DNA of 64,000 nt from a virus (taxonomy: Duplodnaviria > Caudoviricetes), in the IMG/VR virus record IMGVR_UViG_3300037249_001000, positions 75,540 to 139,539 of that record. One strand, given 5' to 3'. The notes below the pieces were generated by a model, which worked only from the letters and a program-made list of their open reading frames with translations, searched no databases and was not told the origin of the DNA. A program made the position numbers and the translations under genes. Every line of letters starts with the position of its first letter. Position 1 is the first letter of the stretch. Positions 6,936-17,687 of the stretch are shown here, one piece after another.

Positions 6936-9221
6936 ATGGCAGAAGTACAAAAGTATTCATTAAAAGAAAAATTAACAGAAGCTGACAAAAGTTTATATAG
7001 GTCACCTTCTCTTTATGGTATGAGTGCTTTAACTATACCACGTTACATCAATTCAATGAGGTCGGTTATGTTTACTAACCACCTCAAACAATTTTTAACT
7101 CCACTTGACCCTGATTATCCATTTGTATTTACAAATGCAGAAAATCTTGTTGGTGAACATAGTAGTGGTTATAGGAGAATAAAACATGAATCCGAAGTAT
7201 ACCGAAAAGTTGTTAAATATGAAGATATACTTGGTAGTGATGCAAACGTATACAAACTTTTTATTCTTGATAAAAAGAAAAAGAAGTTTGATGTAATTGA
7301 AAGAAAAGAAGTTGAAGACCTTACAGAAAATTTCGGTTTTAATTATAATAATGAAGAAATTGATAAATATTCTGAAGGTGATACTATAAAGAAAGATACC
7401 GTTCTTTATAAATCGACTTCTTATGACGATGATATGTTTTATGGTTATGGAAAGAATACAACTGTAATGTATACATTAGACCCATATACATCTGAGGATG
7501 CAGCAGTTGCTCGCAGAGGTTATGCTGATAACTATAAAACTATTGAAACAGAAGTTATTCAAATTAAATTAAATGATAATGATTTTCTGTTGAATCTTTA
7601 TGGTGAGGAAGATGGGGAATATAAACCTCTTCCAGATATTGGTGAAACATGCACTGGCATTCTTGGTGCAATAAGAACCCAATTCAATGATCAACTACTT
7701 TATGATTTTAAATCATCTTCATTAAATAAAATTCATGACGGTGATAGAATTATTTATGTAAATGATACAAATGAAATTGTAGATATTACGATATTTTCTA
7801 ATAACGAAGAAATTGTTGATACAATTTTCAATACTCAAATTAATAAATATCTTGAGTCTCAAAATAAATATTATCAAGAGATTTATGATACATGTAAAGA
7901 AATAGTTGAATTTTGTGATTTTAATGCAGGATATTCATATTCACAAGAAATAGATTATTTGTATAAACGTTCTGGTGAAATGTTGGATACTAAAAAGAGA
8001 TGGAAAGAGGGTGACACATCTTTTGCTAATATGGTAATTGAAATAGTCATTCGCAAGGAAGTTCCTTTACGTAAAGGCTGTAAATTGAGTGGACGCTATG
8101 GGAACAAATCCGTTATCTCAGAAATTAGAGACGATGATAAAATGCCATTTACTGAAGATGGAAAGCCTGTTGATTTACTTCTCAATCTTCTTGCTATTAT
8201 TAACAGAACAACTTCATTTGCTATCTATGAATTAATTATAACATCTATTTGTTATAAAGTTCGTCAGAAAATGAAAACATTAAATTCTTATGAAGATAAA
8301 GAAAAATTAATGTTCGATATAATTAATGAATTTAACGAAATTCAGTATGAAGACATGATAAAGAGTTATAACAAATTATCTGATTCTGAAAAGAAATTAG
8401 TTATAGATGAAGCAATAACCGAAGGCATCTATATTAATCAGTCACCTGTAAAAGAAACCAAACCTATCTTTTATCGAATTAAAGATATTCTTGATAAATA
8501 TGATTGGCTTCAACCAGATTTTGTATATATTAAAGATAGCAATGGTAGAAAGATTAAAACTCTTTCTCGTCATTGGATTGGAGATATGTACATTATTAAA
8601 TTAAAGCAGTCTGATAGAAGAGGATTTAGTGCACGCTCTACTGGTACTGTTGATATTAAGGGAGTACCAACTCGGTCATTTAAATCGAAAAATCATATGG
8701 AAAAACACTCAGATTCTGCGATCCGTTTTGGTGAATCAGAGACATTGAACTTTTCTATAGGTGTTCCAAGTGAAGATATTGCATTATTTAATTCTGTTTA
8801 TCGCACATCAATAAAAGGAAGAGAGCAACTTGTAAAAAGTATGTTTAATTTTGATGGAAAGAATAATGAAAATAAAACTAAAATTGATTCTGCATATACA
8901 TCTCGTGTTGCAGAAATATTTGCAGTATTCTTTAAATCATTGGGACTTGAAATTGATTTTGTTGATGAAGATAGCGTTGTACGAGGTTATGATAATAATG
9001 AAATTAAACTTCATACTACTGATGATGGGGAAACTCTTCTTTGTACAGATTATGAGTTTTTCTTGAAACAGAGATATGATGAAATTAAAGAAGAGATTCT
9101 TAAAGAAAATATTATTATGACTGATGAACAACTTAAATCAGAAATTGAAGCAAGACTTAAAGAAAGGAAATTCATTAATGGACCGTTGTATGATGAAGAT
9201 GGTTCATTATTGTTTGAATAA
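6936..9221 (+). CDS. Multisubunit RNA polymerase beta subunit, C-terminal half (probably non-virion RNAP)
   Basis: RSVMFTNHLKQ, SEDAAV, GCKLSGRYGNKSVIS, DLLLN, MYIIKLKQ..SARS, IRFGESE; early motif at 6882..6898. Confidence 0.9.
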   Translation: MAEVQKYSLKEKLTEADKSLYRSPSLYGMSALTIPRYINSMRSVMFTNHLKQFLTPLDPDYPFVFTNAENLVGEHSSGYRRIKHESEVYRKVVKYEDILGSDANVYKLFILDKKKKKFDVIERKEVEDLTENFGFNYNNEEIDKYSEGDTIKKDTVLYKSTSYDDDMFYGYGKNTTVMYTLDPYTSEDAAVARRGYADNYKTIETEVIQIKLNDNDFLLNLYGEEDGEYKPLPDIGETCTGILGAIRTQFNDQLLYDFKSSSLNKIHDGDRIIYVNDTNEIVDITIFSNNEEIVDTIFNTQINKYLESQNKYYQEIYDTCKEIVEFCDFNAGYSYSQEIDYLYKRSGEMLDTKKRWKEGDTSFANMVIEIVIRKEVPLRKGCKLSGRYGNKSVISEIRDDDKMPFTEDGKPVDLLLNLLAIINRTTSFAIYELIITSICYKVRQKMKTLNSYEDKEKLMFDIINEFNEIQYEDMIKSYNKLSDSEKKLVIDEAITEGIYINQSPVKETKPIFYRIKDILDKYDWLQPDFVYIKDSNGRKIKTLSRHWIGDMYIIKLKQSDRRGFSARSTGTVDIKGVPTRSFKSKNHMEKHSDSAIRFGESETLNFSIGVPSEDIALFNSVYRTSIKGREQLVKSMFNFDGKNNENKTKIDSAYTSRVAEIFAVFFKSLGLEIDFVDEDSVVRGYDNNEIKLHTTDDGETLLCTDYEFFLKQRYDEIKEEILKENIIMTDEQLKSEIEARLKERKFINGPLYDEDGSLLFE

Positions 9222-9232
9222 TAATTAATTGG

Positions 9233-9262
9233 TTGGGGCAATAAAAAAATATTGCCCCAATT
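9233..9262. terminator. Hairpin between the RNAP genes
   Basis: TTGGGGCAAT..ATTGCCCCAA inverted repeat, followed by early motif TATATATTATTTTTT. Confidence 0.55.
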
Positions 9263-9327
9263 GGTTATATATTATTTTTTGGACTGCGTAGAAATATGTA
9301 GAATTTATAAATAAGGAGATAATAATT

Positions 9328-10560
9328 ATGGGTAAGAAACAATCAGTGCATATTAGACGTCTTAATTGGGACATTTCCTTTTATGCCGATATGCTAGACG
9401 GTAACGGATTTCAAATAATTGAACCATCTGGTATTTCGATTAATGGTATGAAGAAAAAATCATTATATGGTGCTTCATCACCATTATATGGTACAAGTTA
9501 TGAAGATGAACAATCGTTTATTGAACGATATAGATGTTCATGTGGTGAATTTAAAGGTAGATTATTTGAAGGGGAAGAATGCCCACTTTGTCATACTAAA
9601 GTAGAATATAAATCTAGTAATATTAATGTTACTGGATGGATTTCTTTAGGTATTAAAAGATGCATTAATCCATACTATTTCAATATTCTTCTTTCAGCAA
9701 TAGGTAAAAATGTATTTACTGAAATTATATTTAGTAAATATCGTGTTACTACAGACGGTCAGAGAAAGAAATTAACAGCAGATGACCATATGGATGTAGT
9801 ACCGGAATCAATTTATTCGTTTATTGGTATGAATGAGTTTTATAATAATTATGAAGAAATTCTCACATATTTTAAAAATAAGAAGAAAAATAAAGCTCAC
9901 ACTTTTGATGTTTTATTAAAAGAAAAAAGAGCTGTATTTACTTCTCACATACCAGTATATTCGACAATGTTAAGACCACAATCAATTACATCCGATACAT
10001 TTTATTTTGGTAGTATTGATAAAATTATTAATACATTATATTCACTTAGTGAACACTTAAAAGATGCAACAGATGTAGAAGAAGATTATATTCTGGAAAG
10101 AATCCAGAAAAAAGTTAATAAAATGTGGGACATTAACCTTGAATTAATCAATGGTAAAGAAGGATGGGTAAGACATCAATTGCTCGGTGGTTCAATGAAC
10201 TATACTGCAAGAAATGTAATTATTCCCGATCCGACTCTTCATGATAATGAAGTTGATTTATCATATAATACATTTTTGGAGATGTATAAGTATAAGATTA
10301 TTTATTATATCATGCAACTTGATAATACATCATTGTCCAGAGCATATGAGACATGGAAAGATGCATTTAGATTTGATGAAAAAGTGTATCAAATTATGTT
10401 ACATGTATTGGATAAAGAACAACCAAGATTATTGATAAATCGAAATCCTACATTGAATTATTACTCAATGATATTAATGAAAATAAGAACTATTAAAAAA
10501 GATATCACCGATTATACCCTGTCAGTTCCGCTTAGCATACTGCCAGGTCTTAATGCGGAT
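9328..10560 (+). CDS. RNA polymerase beta' subunit, exon 1
   Basis: Zinc finger CSCG..CPLC, MLRP, ARNVIIP, NRNPTL; ends PGLNAD. Confidence 0.9.
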
Positions 10561-10916
10561 CAACTTTCAAGGTCCGAGAGCACAGTAATGTGTTTCTATG
10601 TACGTTGTGAACTCCTAACAAGAGGTGTGACGAAAGTTGCTAACGGTATCAGTTAAATAAGTCACTTAAGTTTAACTTAAGTAGAGCGAATACACTGACT
10701 AAGAAAGCCTGAGGTCCTGAAAAGGATAGCTTGGTAATACCGTGCTGTTATTTTTAAAAGTGATTTAAAAATAGTAGTGTAGAGACTAACAAAAGCAATT
10801 TTAAATTGTAAGTAGGGTAGGTTTTAGTTTGAGGGCTAGAATCGAAGTGCAACGCCCCTATATTAATATAGGGTGAAGATATAGTCCACGCTGTATCGAA
10901 AGATATGGGTTTCGTG
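10561..10916 (+). mobile_element. Group I intron splitting the catalytic NAD|FDGD motif (356 nt, no ORF)
   Basis: P1 CGGAU/GUCCG with U.G pair at the splice site; GTAGAGACTA and GAAGATATAGTCC core; terminal G10916; splicing restores NADFDGD. Confidence 0.93.
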
Positions 10917-13247
10917 TTTGACGGTGATATCTTAAATATAATAGGTCTTATGAATAAAGCATTTGTATTCATGTTTAGAAAATATGACCCAGTAATGAGA
11001 ATGATTATTAGTAGAGATTCACGTCTCATCAATGAATACTTTTCTATCAATAAAGGTCAGTTAATTGATTTGTATACATTTGCAACTTATGATGGTGAAG
11101 ATGGTTGTAATACTGAAGAATATTATCCTGAAGAAGAAACTATTCAGAAAGATAAGTTTAGTCTTTTAGTAGATTCACCTATTATAAATAATACAAGAGA
11201 ATTAAAAGCATGGTTAAAAGATATATATATCTTAGAGGATTATTTAGAGTCATATGAACAATATAGAATATTCCAGACTAAGATTTATAATATTCTTAAA
11301 GGCTGTTTTGTAATTCCTCAGTGTAGAGATTATCCTATAAGATTTAAATTTACGGCTAATTCAAAAGAATATGTATTACCATTAAGATTGTTTATAATAA
11401 ATACTATTCTTTGGTATCCATTTGTAGAACTTAATGGAATAAATGTTTTAGATGAATCGTTTATCATATTTAATCCAGAAGTATTACCTAATATTGAAAA
11501 TTATCTTAATGATAATTTAATTAGTATCCTTACTGAGTATCATGTTAAGCCTTCAAGTATGAACTATGCTATTTCAGAAGTTTTGTACAATCTTAGAGGT
11601 ATTTCTAATGATTATTCTATTATTCTTGGTTTGGATTTTAATATTCCTATGTTTACAAAACTTTATTCTGAAAATGATAGAATACGAGAAATAATGGAGT
11701 GTCATTTTGAAAATGATGCTCAACCACATGAAATTGAACAAGAATTATCTGTATTGGAAAAGGAATTTATCGGTATTGTTACTGGATTGAAAGATAACCA
11801 TTTAGGTATTGCATTAAGAGCTCAAACAGGTATTAAACATAAACAGCTTACAGAGTTTGCAATATCTGAAGGACTTAAACCAGATATATCTGGTAGAACT
11901 ATTCCAATTCCAATTCAAACATCAACATTGATTGGTGGTACTAATACACCTAGTGCACAATATATTGATGCAGCTGCAGCTCGTAAGTCATTGATTATGA
12001 ATAAAAAGGTTATGGGTATTGCAGGTCATTTTGGTAAAACAGTTCTTATGAGTGCTCGTACTCTTAGTATGAGTACAGAAGTCTCAGATTGTGGAACAAA
12101 ACATCTGGTTGCTTATGATGTTTTGAATAAAACTATTCTTAAGAAACTTACTGGTAAATTTTATAGACTTACAGATGACCCTGAAGAAGAATTAAAACTT
12201 CTTAATGCAAAGAAAGATAAAAATCTTATAGGTAAGACAATTTATGTACGTTCCGCTGCAACATGTGCTTGTAGAAATCAACATCATGTATGTGCTAAAT
12301 GTGTTGGATTAACTGCTGTAATTAATGCAGATATTTCAGATGGTATTTCAGCATTTGAATCAGAAGAAATTACAAAAGTTGTTAATCAGAATATTCTTTC
12401 TGCAAAACATTTGTTGTCAACAAATTCTGAAGAGATTAAATTCAATAAAGAATTTTATGATTTCTTTACAATTGTAGGTGGTGAAATAAATCCGATTGTT
12501 AATGAAAATTCTAATGTTAATATAAAGGATTATGCTATTTATGTTGACCCAAGTGATATTGTAAAGATGGAAGAAATGGATGATGATTCATTGTACAATA
12601 CAGTTATTGAAACTGGTAGATTCTTCATTCGTAATATCAATGATCCATCTGAACCTGATATTGTTATTCAAGTAGAGGGTGAGAAAGAAATCTTTATAGA
12701 GGAAAGTATATTGGCTTTATTAAGATCTGGTAATAACATGATTAAGTTTACAGACCTTGAAGATGATGATAAACTCTTTGAAGTTATTATTATGAATAAT
12801 GAGTTGACAAAACCATTGTATGAGTTGATGCATTTGTTGGATAAACAGAGTAAGGATACTATTAATATTGATATTGATTATATTAGTAATAAATTCCTTA
12901 GTTTGGTAATTGATGCAAAGATAGATGTATCTGCTATCGCATGTGAGCTTATTATTAATAGACTTATTCGTTCAGCTGAAGATATTTATCGCCGTCCTGA
13001 TTTCTCAAAGGATACGTTAGAACCATATGTAATTTTTACAGTGAGAAAATCATTGGAAAAGAATCCATCACCTTTGATGGGGATAGGTTTCCAGAATATT
13101 AAACGTCAGTTGTTATCGAATGATTTGTTTGAAAAGAGAACTGAAACATCATATATTGATAACTTCTTTAAACCAACAATATCAACGGAGAATTTGTCTA
13201 AATATGCTGTTTATTATGATGAAAACTCATTAAACAGTCCTAAATAA
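10917..13247 (+). CDS. RNA polymerase beta' subunit, exon 2 (includes the whole beta'-C part; spliced product 1187 aa)
   Basis: FDGD, bridge helix AAAARKSLIMNK..AGHFGK, DCGT, RSAATC..CAKCVG zinc site, QNILSAKH. Confidence 0.88.
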   Translation, partial: FDGDILNIIGLMNKAFVFMFRKYDPVMRMIISRDSRLINEYFSINKGQLIDLYTFATYDGEDGCNTEEYYPEEETIQKDKFSLLVDSPIINNTRELKAWLKDIYILEDYLESYEQYRIFQTKIYNILKGCFVIPQCRDYPIRFKFTANSKEYVLPLRLFIINTILWYPFVELNGINVLDESFIIFNPEVLPNIENYLNDNLISILTEYHVKPSSMNYAISEVLYNLRGISNDYSIILGLDFNIPMFTKLYSENDRIREIMECHFENDAQPHEIEQELSVLEKEFIGIVTGLKDNHLGIALRAQTGIKHKQLTEFAISEGLKPDISGRTIPIPIQTSTLIGGTNTPSAQYIDAAAARKSLIMNKKVMGIAGHFGKTVLMSARTLSMSTEVSDCGTKHLVAYDVLNKTILKKLTGKFYRLTDDPEEELKLLNAKKDKNLIGKTIYVRSAATCACRNQHHVCAKCVGLTAVINADISDGISAFESEEITKVVNQNILSAKHLLSTNSEEIKFNKEFYDFFTIVGGEINPIVNENSNVNIKDYAIYVDPSDIVKMEEMDDDSLYNTVIETGRFFIRNINDPSEPDIVIQVEGEKEIFIEESILALLRSGNNMIKFTDLEDDDKLFEVIIMNNELTKPLYELMHLLDKQSKDTINIDIDYISNKFLSLVIDAKIDVSAIACELIINRLIRSAEDIYRRPDFSKDTLEPYVIFTVRKSLEKNPSPLMGIGFQNIKRQLLSNDLFEKRTETSYIDNFFKPTISTENLSKYAVYYDENSLNSPK

Positions 13248-13380
13248 TTTTTCATTTAATAGTAACAGTATAATAAAAAAATCTTTTTGTTTTTCAAATG
13301 ACATTACCTTCCTAAATAATTATAAAAAAAGAAAGATATGATACTGACCATCATATCTTTCTTTTTTCTTTTACCCATAA

Positions 13381-13392
13381 AACATTAGAATA
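13381..13392 (+). promoter_or_regulatory. AR9-type late promoter AACA-N6-TA
   Basis: AACATTAGAATA upstream of the internal-protein operon; one of at least 12 such sites. Confidence 0.65.
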
Positions 13393-13426
13393 AACCAGAT
13401 TATATCAAAATAAAGAAGGTGACTTA

Positions 13427-14305
13427 ATGTATAATTTTGATAATGATCTAATAGACAAATATGAACAGATTAAACATAAAATTTATGTTGAATATTGTAA
13501 TAATAATATCACCCTTAATCAAAGAGAGATATTACTTAAACGTGCTCAAAATGATATTTTTAATAATGAATTTAATTTTATAATCGAATCTGATGAAAAT
13601 GGAACTTCATCAGATATCATAGAACAAAAGCAATTAAAATCTATGGCAATAGGTAGAATGTTAGGAAAATTAGCATCAGAAAAAAAAGATTTGATCGAAG
13701 AATCAATAAAAAATATAGATGAAGAAAAACGAAACGATATTCATTTTATTTTTTTAAATCGTGACGATGAAGTTAATTCAATTATAAAAATATTAGATTA
13801 TTTTTATAAATTTATTACAGATCCATCTAGTGATTCCGAAAATTATAATCATAGAAAAGATGATTTAATTGCTGAATTAAATCATTCTTGTAAAAATGTT
13901 AAAATTGAATCATATTCGATAAATTCATATATTAATAAATTTAAGGTAGAATTTAATGATTCTGAAATTAATCAGTATGAAAAAAAGTATAATATGGCTT
14001 TTAGTAGTTCACATATAAAAGATATTTTAGAAAAATATCCAGATAATGTCGCAATTATTAAAAATTCATATACTGATTTTTTTCGTTGGTTTGATGTATT
14101 ACTTGGATATAAGAATATGTATTTTAACCAAATGTGTAGATCAGTAAAAATTTCAGAAATATATCAGAATCAATTATATGAAGATTATAATAATAACAAG
14201 AGTTCTTATAGTGATTTAAGAAGTGGTAACACATTATTACAAAAATTATTTCAATCAGTTTATAAAGAATATTATGATGTTATTAATTCAAAATTTGAAT
14301 ATTAG
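13427..14305 (+). CDS. Putative internal head protein with SHOCT-like leader
   Basis: IYVEYCNNNITLNQREILL, then IIES candidate cleavage site. Confidence 0.5.
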   Translation: MYNFDNDLIDKYEQIKHKIYVEYCNNNITLNQREILLKRAQNDIFNNEFNFIIESDENGTSSDIIEQKQLKSMAIGRMLGKLASEKKDLIEESIKNIDEEKRNDIHFIFLNRDDEVNSIIKILDYFYKFITDPSSDSENYNHRKDDLIAELNHSCKNVKIESYSINSYINKFKVEFNDSEINQYEKKYNMAFSSSHIKDILEKYPDNVAIIKNSYTDFFRWFDVLLGYKNMYFNQMCRSVKISEIYQNQLYEDYNNNKSSYSDLRSGNTLLQKLFQSVYKEYYDVINSKFEY

Positions 14306-14317
14306 AGGTGATAGTTT

Positions 14318-14785
14318 ATGACTCAAAAAGATCTTGTTATATTAGAAATATATAATAGATATTCTCGTGGAGAAATAACGACCGAACAACGTGATTTATT
14401 ATTTGATAAATGTGAAGAAGTATTTGATGAAAAAGGTTTGTTTAGTAAGAAAACAAATCCATATGCTCAAGCATTTATGGATGATAATAATAAATTTATG
14501 CAAGACCAATTAAAACAACGTCAAGCTGCTGTATCACAATTACAAAGTTTAAATAGTACTTTAAAAAATCAAGAAAATAGTTCTAATAATAGATATTCTA
14601 TGAGTAAATATGAATATGAATTAAAAAATCTTGATATGCAAATAAAAATGTGCAAAGAAAAAATGAAGAATCCATCTTCTAAAGAAGAAAAAAAGAAATT
14701 AGTTGATACTTTAAAAAATCTTACAACAGAATATAGACAAAAACAAAATGAATATAAAAAAATACAAAAACAAGCAAAGAGGTGA
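14318..14785 (+). CDS. Putative internal head protein with SHOCT-like leader
   Basis: N-terminus KDLVILEIYNRYSRGEITTEQRDLLFDKC is nearly identical to that of 19188..20423. Confidence 0.55.
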   Translation: MTQKDLVILEIYNRYSRGEITTEQRDLLFDKCEEVFDEKGLFSKKTNPYAQAFMDDNNKFMQDQLKQRQAAVSQLQSLNSTLKNQENSSNNRYSMSKYEYELKNLDMQIKMCKEKMKNPSSKEEKKKLVDTLKNLTTEYRQKQNEYKKIQKQAKR

Positions 14786-14791
14786 TTTTTA

Positions 14792-15991
14792 ATGGAGAAC
14801 CTATACGATATCAGTAAAGAAATTAGAATACTTGATAGTGAAATAAATCGATATTCTTTTTTATTAGAATCGGATGAAAGTACTATTGATAATTATTATT
14901 TAACTGGTGATTCTTTATTTATAGAAGCTGATGATTCTAATAAGAGACCATCTATTTTAGCTTCAATAATCAATGCAATTAAAAGATTTATTACAAAATG
15001 TAAAGCTAAATTTTTTAAATTAATTGGATCTGATAAATATAAAGAATATGAAAAAGAGTTATCTGAAAATAAAAAACTTGCTAATAAAGAGGTTAAGTAT
15101 AATCCTAGAACTAAAGAATTTGATGTTATTAATAAAGATACAAAAGATATTAATGAAATAATCAATAAAATTAAAAATGGAACAGCAACTGATGAAGAAA
15201 TTTCAAGATTAGAAGAGCAAGTTCATAAGCATAAAGGATTAAATATAGGAGGGATTGCAGCAGGTGCAGGATTAACCGCATTTACTTTATATCAATTATT
15301 TAGTGAAGTCAAAAAAAGACAAAATGAAAAAGAAAAAATAACTGACGCTGATTTTCAGTTTATATATCAGCCGAGTTTATTAGATCCGAATAAAACAGCG
15401 TTTTCTGATGAGCAGATTAGACAACTCCAAAAAGCATTTGCAATTGCTAAAGAAAATATTGAAGAACGAAATACCTTACTTTTGAAAACACAACAAGATA
15501 TGGATGCTATATTAGATAGTGAAATGAAAGAACTTTTATCAGCACATGCTGAATCATCGTATGACGCACGAAAACTTGCTGAAAAACAAGTTGGTATTGG
15601 TAAGAAATTTAAAGAAAATAAAAATAATGATATTAATAAATTTAGAAATCAACACATATCTAGTGATAATCAATTAAATAATTATGATAATGATATTAAA
15701 AATAAGTCTAATACAGAAAAACAAAATATAGCAAGAAAATTAAGAAATGAAATTGATGAAAATGATGATTATATGCATTCTAAAAGTTTAAAACAAAATT
15801 TAAAAGATAAAGCTAATGTTGCAGCAGATCATATCATTTATCATGCGGATTATAAACAAGAAAAAGAAAAAGAGAGAGAAGACGCTAAAGAACGAAAAAA
15901 GAAAGAAAAAGAAAGAAAACGTGCAGCTAAAGAAGAAAATAATAAAATGAAAAGAATGTTTAGAGAGGGTGTTAATTATTATGATGACTAA
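14792..15991 (+). CDS. Putative internal head/ejection protein
   Basis: Acidic leader with LLES and FIEA sites, then amphipathic helix SILASIINAIKRFI; coiled-coil body. Confidence 0.5.
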   Translation: MENLYDISKEIRILDSEINRYSFLLESDESTIDNYYLTGDSLFIEADDSNKRPSILASIINAIKRFITKCKAKFFKLIGSDKYKEYEKELSENKKLANKEVKYNPRTKEFDVINKDTKDINEIINKIKNGTATDEEISRLEEQVHKHKGLNIGGIAAGAGLTAFTLYQLFSEVKKRQNEKEKITDADFQFIYQPSLLDPNKTAFSDEQIRQLQKAFAIAKENIEERNTLLLKTQQDMDAILDSEMKELLSAHAESSYDARKLAEKQVGIGKKFKENKNNDINKFRNQHISSDNQLNNYDNDIKNKSNTEKQNIARKLRNEIDENDDYMHSKSLKQNLKDKANVAADHIIYHADYKQEKEKEREDAKERKKKEKERKRAAKEENNKMKRMFREGVNYYDD

Positions 15992-17666
15992 AGAAGAAAA
16001 AAATTCCATTGCTTCTATTATTTATGAAAGATATTCTGTTGGAGAAATTTCATTAGATGAACGAGAGGATTTACTTAAAGAATTAAATAATAAATATATA
16101 AAAGAGAATACTCTTGTAGAAGATTTTGAAATAGACGAAGATGTTTTGGATAAATTGAATATGTTTAAGGAATCAGTATACGATAAGTATGCTAGAGGTG
16201 AAATTACATTAGAAACAAGAGAAAAATTAATTACTAGAGCTAACGAAGAATTTGCTGATATGTATATGGAGTCGGACCAAGTAAATATCTTTAAGAAAAA
16301 AATGGATGAACTCCGAAGAAAAAATTCACATAAACGTGATGATTTTAAAAAGAAAAAAATGAATAAATTTAATAATAATGCTATTGCTGCTATAAAACAA
16401 ATTATAGAAAAGAATGAACGTAATTTAAAAGGTTTAATTTTTTGCTATCCTCATTATACTCATTTAATGAGAAAAGATGCGGCAGACGCTGTTAAACAAC
16501 TTCGTGACATTATTGAAGAAATCGATCCTGTACAAAAAAGTGTAGAAGAAAATAAAGATGTTGTTAATAAATATAAAAAAACATCTGATGAAATTGGAAA
16601 AACATTTAAAAAATACGAAGAAGGAATTAAGGGTTATATGATACAAGTTCATGTTGGTGAATTTTATAAAAATTTATGTGAATTTGCTAAACATATGACA
16701 GACGATATTAACTGGTTAGAATCAATAGATAAAAATATGTACGACATTGTGACAGCCAGATCTAAAAAAATTAAAGATAAAGCGATATATAATGCATTAA
16801 ATTCTATGTATTCTGATTATTGTCAATTCTCTTTATTTATATTAGATTTATATACGACAGAAATTTATTCTTATCTTAGAGGTATAAGCATTTTAAATAA
16901 ATATAATAAACAGCATAAAGAACATGAATTGACCCCTGAAGCTCAACGTATAAAAAATGTTGATAACGATCCAATGTTGAATAGTTTGATGAAAAAAGGT
17001 TCTAAGAATAAAAATGGATATTATTTAGATTTTACTGATGATAGTAATCCGAAAGATAGTTATACTACAAGAAAGTATAATTTATACACAAATGACAGTG
17101 ATGACCATATAAAAGAGTCCGCTTATGAAAGATATTACAATGGTGAAATTTCTTTGGATGAATTTATTACAGAGGGATTTATTAAAACAAAAATAGATGA
17201 AATAAAAGCAAAGAAAGATAAGAAAAATGAACTAGAAATTGAGTATTCTATTAAAAACGCGGCATCATCTGATTTAGATAAATTTTATAAAAATTGTGAT
17301 TTTGCTATATTTACAAATAAAAAATTTAATGATAAAGATGCTAAAAATTTATCAAAAAAGTTATATAGTATAGATGGTTTTAATAAATCTATAAAAACAA
17401 TTAATTTCTTTATAGTTGATGGAAAAACCATGAATAAAAAGTATGATTTAAATGCTTCGAAATATAAAGATAATGATATATTAATTATTTTTCCATTAAA
17501 TTTATTTAAAACAACTAATAGTATAGTTATAGCTAAGCAAATGACAAATTCAAGATATTTTAATGATATCGTTGATAATAATGAATACAGAGAAGTTCAA
17601 GCTGGTCATCATAAAATGAGTGAACAGGTTGAACATATTGATAAATATTTTAAATCATTAAAATAA
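15981..17666 (+). CDS. Putative internal head protein with three SHOCT-like motifs
   Basis: IYERYSVGEISLDERE, VYDKYARGEITLETRE, AYERYYNGEISLDE. Confidence 0.55.
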   Translation: MMTKEEKNSIASIIYERYSVGEISLDEREDLLKELNNKYIKENTLVEDFEIDEDVLDKLNMFKESVYDKYARGEITLETREKLITRANEEFADMYMESDQVNIFKKKMDELRRKNSHKRDDFKKKKMNKFNNNAIAAIKQIIEKNERNLKGLIFCYPHYTHLMRKDAADAVKQLRDIIEEIDPVQKSVEENKDVVNKYKKTSDEIGKTFKKYEEGIKGYMIQVHVGEFYKNLCEFAKHMTDDINWLESIDKNMYDIVTARSKKIKDKAIYNALNSMYSDYCQFSLFILDLYTTEIYSYLRGISILNKYNKQHKEHELTPEAQRIKNVDNDPMLNSLMKKGSKNKNGYYLDFTDDSNPKDSYTTRKYNLYTNDSDDHIKESAYERYYNGEISLDEFITEGFIKTKIDEIKAKKDKKNELEIEYSIKNAASSDLDKFYKNCDFAIFTNKKFNDKDAKNLSKKLYSIDGFNKSIKTINFFIVDGKTMNKKYDLNASKYKDNDILIIFPLNLFKTTNSIVIAKQMTNSRYFNDIVDNNEYREVQAGHHKMSEQVEHIDKYFKSLK

Positions 17667-17687
17667 TGAAGAAAGGGATGAGATAAT

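Noticed and set aside
10561-10656. C-terminal tail QLSRSESTV.. of ORF 9328..10656 and start of ORF 10905
   Set aside because: Both are intron sequence; splicing restores NADFDGD
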